The position numbers and the translations under genes are program-made. The notes beneath the pieces are model-generated. The model had not been told where the DNA came from and did no database searches. It was given only the letters and a program-made list of their open reading frames with translations. DNA of 64,000 nt from Leptospiraceae bacterium (GTDB taxonomy: Bacteria; Spirochaetota; Leptospiria; Leptospirales; Leptonemataceae). The DNA is taken from assembly GCA_040217195.1 (NCBI GenBank), contig JAVJNR010000003.1, positions 736,001 to 800,000 on the forward strand. Direction: 5' to 3'. The first letter of the stretch is position 1. Every line of letters starts with the position of its first letter. Shown here one piece after another: positions 1-9,429 of the stretch.

Positions 1-1
1 A

Positions 2-622
2 ATGCTCGTACTTCCGGGTCTGATTGTAATTGGCGCTCTGGTGGTTCAGAGTTATACACTGTTTGGGAACTGGTTACATCCATACTATCTCATGGATCGT
101 CCCGGTCACGATAACATTACAGGAGCCCTGGCCGCGAACCTATTCTCCCCAGCCCGGGGATTGTTCTTCTGGCACCCCATTCTGCTCTATTCGTTTGTAT
201 GGATGATTCGCTCCCCGGCCCATGGAACTCATTCTTCCATCTACGGAACTTTGCTCATTGTCTGCTTTCTGCATCTTCTGGCCGTTTCGGCCTTCAAGCA
301 CTGGTGGGGTGGCCACAGCATGGGGCCTCGGCTTACATCGGATCTTGTACCATTGCTCCTGTATTCGCTCATCCCGGCCATTCGCGAAATCAATCATTGG
401 AAGCGACCGGCCTTCACATTGAGCTTTATCCTGCTGGCTTTTCTGGGTATAGCGATGCACCTTAGAGCTGTCTTCGTCCCGGAGGTAGGTAAATGGAATC
501 TTGGACCGCCGGATGTAGACCGGGCTCCTAATAGGATCTGGAAAGACTCACCACCGATACTTAGCGGGGACAGAACGTTTCGCACCCTGCTCAAAATGCC
601 CGTGCCACCGAAGCCAGAATGA
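2..622 (+). CDS. Polytopic membrane protein, possibly GT-C-type glycosyltransferase-like (5' partial)
   Basis: Several hydrophobic helices; SPARGLF and WWGGHSMGPR motifs resemble membrane glycan-modifying proteins; runs off the window start. Confidence 0.5.
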   Translation: MLVLPGLIVIGALVVQSYTLFGNWLHPYYLMDRPGHDNITGALAANLFSPARGLFFWHPILLYSFVWMIRSPAHGTHSSIYGTLLIVCFLHLLAVSAFKHWWGGHSMGPRLTSDLVPLLLYSLIPAIREINHWKRPAFTLSFILLAFLGIAMHLRAVFVPEVGKWNLGPPDVDRAPNRIWKDSPPILSGDRTFRTLLKMPVPPKPE

Positions 623-773
623 TTGACCAGAACGAAAGTCCAGAGGTTAAGCCAGCAGATCACAGTTTACTCAACTGAAGGCTTGCAGGCCAGGACATGG
701 GTGCGATGCCCATTCCGAAATCAATACACCCCGGACTTCGCAATGGATTCCCAACGTCTTGTATGTTAAGCAA

Positions 774-2186
774 CTACTGAAATTGTGCCTTTCGCATCCG
801 GCTTTGCACAAGGCTGCGAAAACGGACTTTCTTTACCAGGGCATCAAAGTATACATTTTCCAGCCGATCCACCACAGAGTCCCACCCTGCCAGACTGGCT
901 ATTTCTCTGGCCCGCACTCGAATGGATTGAAAATCCAGATTGGAGACCGGACTGTTTGAATTTAACCTGGTCCCCATTCCTGGCTGTGCAATTGTTGCAA
1001 GCTTTCTGGCAAGTCCCAGAAAAGACTCTGGATCCATTTGTGATGCGATCAAAGCACTCTCTTCATCTTTCAGAAGTTGCCTTGCTGCTCCTCGATCATA
1101 GGCCAGAATAGCCAGGCCACTGGCAGCCGCCTCGGTGACTACGTTACCAAATGTATCTGTAAGACTGGGGAATAGAAATACGTCTGAAGAAGCATAGTGC
1201 TCCGATAGATCTTTTCCGGAAAGAAAGCCGGTGAAATACAGGTCCGGGTTTTCCCTTTCCAGACGATTACGCTCAGGTCCATCACCTACCAGAAGCATGC
1301 GTGCATTCGGAATTCTATTTTGAATCTCTCGAAAGGATTGGATAGCCAGTTCGATGTTTTTCTCCGGGGCCAGTCGTCCGGCGTACAATACCAGCAGGTC
1401 ATTTACTCCGACCCCCAGACTTTCGCGGAGCTCCGGATTCCTGTGCTCCGGCGAATAAGCCTGCAGATCTACGCCTCTTCCAATGACCGAAACCCTTTTG
1501 TATCCGGAGGCTAATAATTCGGATCTCATGCTTTCCGTAGGAACCAGTGTTCTTCTGGTCAGGTTATGGAATAATCGCAGGTATCTGGACACAGCTCGTC
1601 CCAGACCAGACATACCATAGTAGTCAAAGTACTGATCAAAGTGGGTGCGATAATCGCTTATCACCGGAATGCCACAGCTTCTGGCCGCAAGCATTGCGTT
1701 GAATCCCAGGGGCCCCTCAGTTATTATATGGACCAGGTCCGGTCTATGCTGGCGAAATCTGGACCTAAAGAAATGAGGGCTGGCCAATCCTACCTGAACC
1801 TCTTTGTAAAAGGGCATTCGCAATCCAATACATAGATGTTCGGTGGTACCTTCCCTGGCTTTTGAGTCATATGCTGGTCGGGAGGTTTCATTGGTTAAGG
1901 CAGAAACCCTTTGCTCTGATTCGATCGAAATACGGCGGAGACTGGATTTGCTTCGCGGGAAGAATCGACCGGAGATTGTCTTATAGGAGAGGCCGGTAAT
2001 TGAATCAAGAGTGAGGTCCAGACCTGGCGTTTGATCAGAAGACTGTGCCGGACGAAATACAGTCAATTCATGTCCTCTGTCTCGCATGCCCTGCATCATC
2101 CGATCCAGACTGCGAGAGACTCCATTTACTTCAGGCAGATGAGTTTCTGTAACCACGGAAATCCGTAGACGATTGGCCGCTGACAT
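774..2186 (-). CDS. Glycosyltransferase family 4 (GT-B)
   Basis: VTETHLPEVNGV N-terminus, LYAGRLAPEKN, FPSLTDTFGNVVTEAAASG. Start placed at ATG 2186 (ORF track begins at 2207). Confidence 0.9.
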   Translation of the reverse strand: MSAANRLRISVVTETHLPEVNGVSRSLDRMMQGMRDRGHELTVFRPAQSSDQTPGLDLTLDSITGLSYKTISGRFFPRSKSSLRRISIESEQRVSALTNETSRPAYDSKAREGTTEHLCIGLRMPFYKEVQVGLASPHFFRSRFRQHRPDLVHIITEGPLGFNAMLAARSCGIPVISDYRTHFDQYFDYYGMSGLGRAVSRYLRLFHNLTRRTLVPTESMRSELLASGYKRVSVIGRGVDLQAYSPEHRNPELRESLGVGVNDLLVLYAGRLAPEKNIELAIQSFREIQNRIPNARMLLVGDGPERNRLERENPDLYFTGFLSGKDLSEHYASSDVFLFPSLTDTFGNVVTEAAASGLAILAYDRGAARQLLKDEESALIASQMDPESFLGLARKLATIAQPGMGTRLNSNSPVSNLDFQSIRVRAREIASLAGWDSVVDRLENVYFDALVKKVRFRSLVQSRMRKAQFQ

Positions 2187-2502
2187 AAGAAATGTATGCT
2201 CACCCAACGCTACGATTCAATGAAAGAAATGTGTCATTCCTGTGTTTGAACTTACCTCTTAGCCATTTTTGGCGAATCGATTCAACAAAATCGTGAACCA
2301 ACTCGGGCATGGCAATCTGATTCTCCACTTATCGCATACTTCCAAAACGAATCTATGTACGGTTCATGTCATTTGCAAGACACTGAGCAATAAGCGAATG
2401 CATCCGGGCGCAGTCCGGAGGCATGCCTATATTTCTTTAATCGAACCCGACGCTGTGCGCCCTGGCAATGTTTCTTGCTTCTTGAACCACTTTCTTTCGA
2501 AT

Positions 2503-3843
2503 TCAGGCCAGTTTGTACACCGGCACCGCCTCTTTGCGACCGCGCACCTGAATGGGTTCAATCTCTGAGCCCAGAATTTCCATGCCTGCATTCTCTGCAT
2601 CTCGCCTTACTGTATCCGAAATAAGCAGAGCGGATTCGAACTTTTTATTCATCTGTTCCAGACGAGATGCAACATTTACCGTATCGCCTATAATTGTGTA
2701 CTCCTTTCTTCTGGAAGATCCAACGTTACCGGTTACGGCATCTCCTGCATGAAGGCCAATCCCCACTTTCGTTAGAGGAAAGTCCCTGGATTGATTCCAG
2801 GAATTCAGAGCATGTAGAATATCCAGGGAGGCCTGGATTGCATTTCGGGAATCCCTTCCGTCGGAGATCGGTGCTCCAAAGACAGCCATAAATCCGTCTC
2901 CCAGAAATTTGTTGATGATTCCTCTATTATTATTCACACAATCGATCATGAAATCAAAGAGCTGATTTAGGTATTGCACCACTTCAGACGGAGTACGATG
3001 TTCGGAAAACGCAGTGAAGTTGCGAATATCCAGAAACATTACGCAAACGTGTCTGGTTTCGCTTTCCAGATCCGTTTTTTGATCCAGCAGCTTATCCACT
3101 ACTTCCGGAGAAACATGCGCCCCAAACATTTCCACAACACGATTTCTCTCTTCCAGGGTGTTTAGAGATTCAAGAAATCCCTTTTTCAACTCCCGGGCCA
3201 CATAGCCCGCAACAGCGCCGGCCACAACAAACATCAGAATCTTTCCCAGATGGAAGGCTGGCATTGCCAGAATCATACCCGGCGAAATGGGTCCATCCAC
3301 CGGAAGCGTAAAGCCCACCAGCGCTGGCTGATAATAGATCCACAGAGCCGAGTATTCCACAGTAGCCACCAGGCCGGTAAAGATACAGAGCCGATAGTCC
3401 AGCCTCAATGTAGACAGCAATATAAAGAGAAAATAGGCATAGGTAGGAGGACTGTACAGTGCCTCCAGAGGATGAACCAGGTTCGTAAATGCCAGAATCA
3501 TGAAAGTTGGAATGCTGGTTTCAATCAAGGCATTGGCATAGCGGTGGCTGATCGGGACCATTCTTCCGCGCCTTAAGAAATAACGAAAGCCCATGAATGC
3601 AGCTATCTCATAGGCCAGGGCCACGGACAGGGTCAGAAATGCGAATCGAAGCTGCCATACCCGGAAATCTGCATCTTCCAGAAGGATTCTGGTAAATGTG
3701 CCCAGAATGAAAACAACTACAATGAGGCCAGCCAGTAGCATTGCCAGGATTCTGACCCGTCTGATTTCCGAATGCAGAATCTCTTTTTCAAAGGCTTCCT
3801 CGGCAGCTGAGAGTGGGTTGGCCTGTTTCCAGAATGGCATCAT
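2503..3843 (-). CDS. Membrane-bound class III adenylate/guanylate cyclase
   Basis: About 6 TM helices, then VMFLDIRNFT, NKFLGDG, IGLHAG, YTIIGDTVNVASRLE. Confidence 0.92.
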   Translation of the reverse strand: MMPFWKQANPLSAAEEAFEKEILHSEIRRVRILAMLLAGLIVVVFILGTFTRILLEDADFRVWQLRFAFLTLSVALAYEIAAFMGFRYFLRRGRMVPISHRYANALIETSIPTFMILAFTNLVHPLEALYSPPTYAYFLFILLSTLRLDYRLCIFTGLVATVEYSALWIYYQPALVGFTLPVDGPISPGMILAMPAFHLGKILMFVVAGAVAGYVARELKKGFLESLNTLEERNRVVEMFGAHVSPEVVDKLLDQKTDLESETRHVCVMFLDIRNFTAFSEHRTPSEVVQYLNQLFDFMIDCVNNNRGIINKFLGDGFMAVFGAPISDGRDSRNAIQASLDILHALNSWNQSRDFPLTKVGIGLHAGDAVTGNVGSSRRKEYTIIGDTVNVASRLEQMNKKFESALLISDTVRRDAENAGMEILGSEIEPIQVRGRKEAVPVYKLA

Positions 3844-3979
3844 GGCAGAATTTCTATCCGGGGTTTTTTTGGGTCAATGCGCTTTGATGCAGAAAAAAAT
3901 CAAAAATCTGCAACCGGATACCCGGCAAAGGTTCCTATGAATTGAGCCAGAAATAGGGCTCAATTGCAGGAGCGACAAA

Positions 3980-5128
3980 ATGATTAAGTGGAACGAAATA
4001 AACTGGCCCACCTTTCTATTCTTTATCTTCAGCCCCATTGGCGCAATAGCAGGTGTGGTTTATGTAGCAATGGAGATCGGATTTCATCCAGCTACCATTG
4101 CACTCGCTGTATTTATGATATTTGCCACCGGAATCGGAATTACCGGCGGGTATCACAGGCTTTTTTCGCACAAGAGCTATGAAGCATCAAAACTGGTGCG
4201 CTGGCTCTATGTTTTCTTTGGATCGGCTGCTCTGGAAATGAGCGTCATCGAGTGGGCCTACGACCATCGAAATCATCATCGGTACGTAGACCATGAAAAG
4301 GATCCGTATGCCATAACAAAAGGTTTCTGGCATGCCCATATTCTGTGGCTTTTTAGAAAGCGCGGAACCGGTAATCGTGAAGAAGTGGATCTAAATCTGG
4401 TTCAAGACCTCTGGAAAGATCCAGTACTGAGATTTCAGCACAGATTCTACATCCCTATTGCTCTTCTCACTTCCTTTCTATTTCCTGCCGTCGTAGCATC
4501 CCTCTGGGGAGACTTTATAGGCGGACTTTTAATTGCAGGTCTGGCCCGAACTGTCTGGGTGCACCAGGCAACCTTTTGCATCAATTCAGTATGCCATTTT
4601 CTGGGAACTCAGCCCTACTCGGACAAACATACAGCCAGAGATTCCTGGGTTACAGCTCTGGTAACTTATGGAGAAGGATATCATAACTACCACCATGAGT
4701 TTCCGGTAGATTATCGAAACGGTATTCGTAAATACCAGTATGATCCTACCAAATGGCTGATCTTCGCACTGAGCAAGCTGGGCCTGGTATGGAATCTGAA
4801 ACGCATTCCGGATGAGAAGATCCTGGCGGCCAAAATGGAAATGCGGGAAAAACAGCTAATTGCACTTTCGCAAAAGAAGGCCCAATCCACTGGCTTCGCA
4901 GAGGGCATTGCAGCTCTTAAAGAAAGCGGCGAGAAGACTCTGGTTCGAATACAGGACCGATTCGACGAGCTTGCAAAAAATCTCAAAGAGATGCGCAGAG
5001 AAAAGAAATCTCACACTGAAATGAAAAACATTCGCAAGCAACTGATTCGCACATACCGGCTCCACGAACAAAAAGCTGTGGAGCTCATGCGTCAGATTTC
5101 TTCTAAAGACCAGACTGCAGCTGCCTAG
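3980..5128 (+). CDS. Acyl-CoA (delta-9) fatty acid desaturase
   Basis: His boxes GYHRLFSH, HRNHH and GEGYHNYHHEFP; C-terminal helical extension. Confidence 0.92.
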   Translation: MIKWNEINWPTFLFFIFSPIGAIAGVVYVAMEIGFHPATIALAVFMIFATGIGITGGYHRLFSHKSYEASKLVRWLYVFFGSAALEMSVIEWAYDHRNHHRYVDHEKDPYAITKGFWHAHILWLFRKRGTGNREEVDLNLVQDLWKDPVLRFQHRFYIPIALLTSFLFPAVVASLWGDFIGGLLIAGLARTVWVHQATFCINSVCHFLGTQPYSDKHTARDSWVTALVTYGEGYHNYHHEFPVDYRNGIRKYQYDPTKWLIFALSKLGLVWNLKRIPDEKILAAKMEMREKQLIALSQKKAQSTGFAEGIAALKESGEKTLVRIQDRFDELAKNLKEMRREKKSHTEMKNIRKQLIRTYRLHEQKAVELMRQISSKDQTAAA

Positions 5129-5214
5129 GTCCGAATACTACTGGCTCGGGCAGGTTCCGGGCCAGAATCAATGAAATTGCAGATTTTCGGGAACCTCGTT
5201 GAAGGCTCCCACCG

Positions 5215-5244
5215 GAAAGGCCCCTCGGGGCCTTTCTTTTTTTT
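5215..5244 (+). terminator. Rho-independent terminator after the desaturase
   Basis: GAAAGGCCCC-TC-GGGGCCTTTC hairpin followed by a T8 run. Confidence 0.85.
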
Positions 5245-5393
5245 GCTGGTCAGGACTCACTTATGTCACAGACGGAATATAGAGTGTTCCCATGAAAACG
5301 CCAGAACTCAGAAGACTTCAGCCGGGCTTACCGGTGTCATCAACCACCAAATTAAGCCGCAGAACCGGCCATCCTTCCGATAATAAACAGGTA

Positions 5394-6479
5394 ATGCAGT
5401 TTCGTTTTCTGGATCTATTTGCAGGGATTGGTGGAATGCGCTTTGCGTTCGAAAAGGTTGGAGGCCAGTGTGTCTTCAGCTCGGAATGGGATCGTGCCGC
5501 GCAAAAAACCTATGAGGCCAATTTTGGTCATTTGCCCGAAGGCGATATTACAGCCATAGGAGCGGAAGACATTCCCGATGCGGACATTCTTGTGGGAGGA
5601 TTCCCCTGCCAGCCATTCAGTATTGCAGGAGTGTCAAAAAAGAATTCCCTGGGAAAGAAACATGGATTCGGCGATGAAACCCAGGGAACGCTATTCTTTG
5701 ACATTCTTCGTATTCTGGCTGTAAAGAGGCCTTCCGCCATTCTTCTGGAGAATGTGAAAAACCTCCGCAGCCATGATGGGGGAAAGACATTTGCAGTCAT
5801 TGTTGAAAAGTTGACAGAGCTGGGCTACCACCTGAACATCGAAGTCTTAAATGCATCGGCCGTTCTGCCGCAAAACCGGGCGCGAATCTTCATCGCAGGA
5901 TTCCTGGACCCTCGGGCCGCCGCTGCCTTTCAATTCCCACTGGCCCATGAATTCCCACTTCCCGACTATTTGAAGCTAAGACCAACTCGCTGGGACGATG
6001 CAATCCAGGACCGCTTAAGCTATAAACCCAGACTGGGCGATATCCTGGAAAAAGCAGTGAATCCAAGATACACTCTTTCGGACCATCTTTGGAAATACCT
6101 TCAGGATTACCGGGATAAACATCGCAAAGCCGGCCATGGATTTGGATTTGGACTATGCGGCCCGGCCGATATTGCCCGCACTCTATCAGCCAGATATTAC
6201 AAAGATGGATCAGAGATCCTGATTAAACAGCGCCCCTCCAGAAGAAATCCCGGAGCGAACCCAAGAAGACTTACTCCCAACGAATGTAGAAGGCTGATGG
6301 GCTTTCCAGAGGATTTCCAGATCGTGGTTTCAGATACTCAGGCCTACAAACAATTCGGAAACTCTGTGGCTGTGCCGGTTGTTAGCGCCATTGCATCAGG
6401 CATGGCGAAGGCCCTTCAATCAGTGAGCGCTTCCGGCAAAAAATGGAAAGTAGGGGCGAAACTGGCATCAGCGTCATAG
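5394..6479 (+). CDS. dcm: DNA (cytosine-5)-methyltransferase, Dcm/EcoRII-like (probably CCWGG)
   Basis: DLFAGIGG, catalytic GFPCQPFS followed by GVSKKNSLG..HGF..ETQGTLFFD, ENV, TRD RTLSARYYKDGSEILI, YKQFGNSV. An in-frame upstream ATG exists at 5292. Confidence 0.93.
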   Translation: MQFRFLDLFAGIGGMRFAFEKVGGQCVFSSEWDRAAQKTYEANFGHLPEGDITAIGAEDIPDADILVGGFPCQPFSIAGVSKKNSLGKKHGFGDETQGTLFFDILRILAVKRPSAILLENVKNLRSHDGGKTFAVIVEKLTELGYHLNIEVLNASAVLPQNRARIFIAGFLDPRAAAAFQFPLAHEFPLPDYLKLRPTRWDDAIQDRLSYKPRLGDILEKAVNPRYTLSDHLWKYLQDYRDKHRKAGHGFGFGLCGPADIARTLSARYYKDGSEILIKQRPSRRNPGANPRRLTPNECRRLMGFPEDFQIVVSDTQAYKQFGNSVAVPVVSAIASGMAKALQSVSASGKKWKVGAKLASAS

Positions 6480-7159
6480 GCCCAGGAACTCTTAGATCCA
6501 TTCATCGGAAGCTAATGGACTGGTTTCGAGGCTCCAGGAGGGACTATCCCTGGCGTCAAACTCATAACTGGTTTCATCTGGTCATTGCGGAGCTAATGCT
6601 CCGCCGCACCCGTTCCGATCAGGTGGCCGCCGTATACGAGCGCTTTGTCAAAAAATATAAGAATGCCCGGGCAGCAAGCAAGGATCCGGAAGGTGTTCAG
6701 GAAACCATTCGTTCCCTGGGGTTAAACTGGCGAAATGAACAGATTCAAGAAACGATCCAGTATCTAAGCCATAGGTATGGCAATAGGCGAAAGCTCAGTC
6801 CAGATGAAGATCTAAAGAGTACTCCGGGTGTGGGCGATTATTGCAATGCCATGCTAAGAAGTCGTCTATTTCAGGAACCGGAACCGGCTATCGATTCCAA
6901 CGTCGCTCGTATTTATTGCAGACTTCTGGATGTGGAGTTTCATCCAGAAATGCGTCGAAAAGCCTGGCTTAAGCAGCTGGCCAGAGACTATATGGATACT
7001 GCCGTACAATCCAAAGAGCTAAACGACCCATTTGAGATTAACCTGGCACTTCTAGATCTGGCCGCATTGGTATGTAAGCCTGGAATCCCGAAATGCATGG
7101 AATGTCCAATTCGCAATCATTGCAAGACCGGGCTTTCTCGAAACTCCAGGATTTCTTAG
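6443..7159 (+). CDS. HhH-GPD DNA glycosylase with 4Fe-4S loop, Mig/T:G-mismatch type
   Basis: RDYPWR, ELMLRRT, PGVGDY, AIDSNVAR, NLALLDL, C-X6-C-X2-C-X5-C; no MutY C-terminal domain; overlaps the 3' end of dcm. Confidence 0.85.
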   Translation: MESRGETGISVIGPGTLRSIHRKLMDWFRGSRRDYPWRQTHNWFHLVIAELMLRRTRSDQVAAVYERFVKKYKNARAASKDPEGVQETIRSLGLNWRNEQIQETIQYLSHRYGNRRKLSPDEDLKSTPGVGDYCNAMLRSRLFQEPEPAIDSNVARIYCRLLDVEFHPEMRRKAWLKQLARDYMDTAVQSKELNDPFEINLALLDLAALVCKPGIPKCMECPIRNHCKTGLSRNSRIS

Positions 7160-8394
7160 CCTGCGCTGATCATGCCGGCAGCCACTGTGGCATTGCTGGA
7201 CTCATCGACCAGGATGAAACTTCCGGTGCGACGATTCTTGGAATATCTATCAAAGCTCAAATTCTCTGCCGTTTTAATCCTTACCAGGCCAATGTCGTTT
7301 AGCTCCATACTATCCGAGGCCTGCTTCTCCAGACTCTTGATATCGTAAACCGCTTCAATGGATTGAACCACTGCCATCGACCTGCGAGTGGTTTGCTGCA
7401 GCAGGAATCGATTTCTGGACTGTAGCTTCGTTTGATCCATCCAGCAAAGATGGGCCACAAATTCCCGACCGGTCAGAGCCGGATCATCATTTGAAACGAT
7501 CATATCCCCGCGAGAAACATCAATATCATCCTCCAACTGAATGGTGATGCTCATTGGCGCAGAAGCTCTCTCCAGGGGTTCGCCACCCAGCTCCAGGGAT
7601 TTGATTCTACTCTTTTGGCCGGAAGGCAGCAAGGTCACTTCCTGACCCGCTTCCAGAACTCCGGACTGCAATTGCCCGGCATAACCTCGATAGTCATGGT
7701 ACTGCTCAGAATGGGGGCGAATCACCCATTGCACAGGGAAACGAGCCGGACCCACATCTTTGCGATGCGGCAACTCTTCCAGAACTTTCAATAGAGGCTG
7801 ACCTTTAAACCAGGGCATATGCTCCGATTTTCGAGCAACGTTTTCACCGGAAAGTGCTGCCACTGGAATATAAATCACATCGTCCAGATTCATTCTAGCT
7901 TTGATGCCTTCGTATTCCTGTACAATTTCATTGAATCTCTCTTCGCTGTATTCTACCAGATCCATTTTGTTGATCGCAAGAATTACATGTGGAATGCCCA
8001 GAAGAGAAGCCAGAAAACTATGACGTCTGGTTTGCTCTGCAATACCCTGGCGCGCATCGATGAGTATCACCGCCGCATCCACATTGGAGGCCCCTGTAAC
8101 CATATTTCGAGTATACTGCACATGCCCTGGAGCATCTGCGATAATGAACTTCCTCTTTTCCGTGCTGAAGTATTTATAAGCCACATCGATAGTAATTCCC
8201 TGCTCTCGTTCGGCCTTCAGTCCATCTGTAAGAAGAGCCAGGTTTACTGTATCGGATCCGCTTTTTTCGCTGGATCGCTCTATAGCTTCCACCAGGTCTC
8301 GAGCCACGGCTCCACTATCGAATAACATTCTACCGATCAATGTTGATTTTCCATCATCTACGGATCCGGCTGTGATAAATCTTAATAAATCCAT
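7156..8394 (-). CDS. cysN: Sulfate adenylyltransferase subunit 1 (GTPase)
   Basis: LRFITAGSVDDGKSTLIGR, EREQGITIDVAY, DAPGH, NKMD; no fused APS kinase domain. Confidence 0.96.
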   Translation of the reverse strand: MDLLRFITAGSVDDGKSTLIGRMLFDSGAVARDLVEAIERSSEKSGSDTVNLALLTDGLKAEREQGITIDVAYKYFSTEKRKFIIADAPGHVQYTRNMVTGASNVDAAVILIDARQGIAEQTRRHSFLASLLGIPHVILAINKMDLVEYSEERFNEIVQEYEGIKARMNLDDVIYIPVAALSGENVARKSEHMPWFKGQPLLKVLEELPHRKDVGPARFPVQWVIRPHSEQYHDYRGYAGQLQSGVLEAGQEVTLLPSGQKSRIKSLELGGEPLERASAPMSITIQLEDDIDVSRGDMIVSNDDPALTGREFVAHLCWMDQTKLQSRNRFLLQQTTRRSMAVVQSIEAVYDIKSLEKQASDSMELNDIGLVRIKTAENLSFDRYSKNRRTGSFILVDESSNATVAAGMISAG

Positions 8395-8477
8395 TTTATT
8401 CTCCTTTTAGAAAAGCTTGCCAGTGCGTAATGAGCCGTTAACACTCATAAACGAAAGAAACATTACGCCTCTGCGCA

Positions 8478-9410
8478 CTAGAAGTAACCTGCTCGCTTGC
8501 GCTCTTCCATGGCCGCTTCACTCCGGCGATCATCGATTCGAGCACCCCTTTCAGTAATGTCTGCAGATTTGATTTCATGAATAATATGTTTGATTTCCAC
8601 TGCATCGCTTTCAACGGCTGCCGTGCAGGTCATATCACCTACGGTTCGGAATCGAACATTTAGTTCCTGCACCTCTTCATCTGGGTCTACCTGAATAAAA
8701 TCGGACGCAGGGAAAAGATGCCCCATACGACGAATCAGTTTTCTTTTATGCGAAAAGTACAGCGATGGAAGGTCCATACCTTCTTTTAGAATATAATTCC
8801 AGACATCCAGTTCGGTCCAGTTGCTGATAGGAAATACCCGAACGTTCTCTCCTGGATGAATCTTACCATTGTAAAGGTTCCATAATTCAGGGCGCTGCAG
8901 ACGAGGATCCCATTGTCCGAATTCATCTCGCACGGAGAAAACTCGCTCTTTGGCCCTGGCCTTCTCTTCATCACGTCGTGCGCCGCCTATGCAGGCATCA
9001 AAGCCATTTTCTTCTATCGTATCCAGCAATGTGACGGTTTGCAGGCTATTGCGACTGGCATACTTGCCGGTTTCTTCTTTAACTCTACCTTTATCAATAG
9101 ATGCCTGAACGGATCCCACGATCAAACGCTCGCCTAACTGGTTGACCATATTGTCTCGAAACTCTATTGCTTCCGGGAAGTTGTGACCAGTATCGATGTG
9201 CACCAGAGGAAAAGGAAACTTGCCTGGCCGGAAAGCCTTCTCCGCCAACCGTACCAGAGTAATGGAATCCTTTCCGCCGCTGAATAACAATGCCGGTCGA
9301 TCGAATTGCGCAGCCACTTCGCGCATGATGTAGATCGCCTCAGCTTCCAGCTCCTCCAGGTGGGTTAATGTTGCCTTATCAAGTCCGTTATCTGCCTGTA
9401 CTGCTGTCAT
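8478..9410 (-). CDS. cysD: Sulfate adenylyltransferase subunit 2
   Basis: LFSGGKDS, GGARRDEEKARAKER, VRFRTVGD, MEERKRAGYF terminus. Confidence 0.97.
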   Translation of the reverse strand: MTAVQADNGLDKATLTHLEELEAEAIYIMREVAAQFDRPALLFSGGKDSITLVRLAEKAFRPGKFPFPLVHIDTGHNFPEAIEFRDNMVNQLGERLIVGSVQASIDKGRVKEETGKYASRNSLQTVTLLDTIEENGFDACIGGARRDEEKARAKERVFSVRDEFGQWDPRLQRPELWNLYNGKIHPGENVRVFPISNWTELDVWNYILKEGMDLPSLYFSHKRKLIRRMGHLFPASDFIQVDPDEEVQELNVRFRTVGDMTCTAAVESDAVEIKHIIHEIKSADITERGARIDDRRSEAAMEERKRAGYF

Positions 9411-9429
9411 AGTATTCTCCTCTGGATCG

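Noticed and set aside
6443..7159. Annotation as MutY or endonuclease III
   Set aside because: It lacks the MutY LQQT/NQA residues and C-terminal domain, and has Tyr rather than the Nth lyase Lys after the HhH.
5394..7159. Complete restriction-modification system
   Set aside because: No endonuclease ORF flanks the methyltransferase: upstream is a terminator and desaturase, downstream is the convergent cysN.
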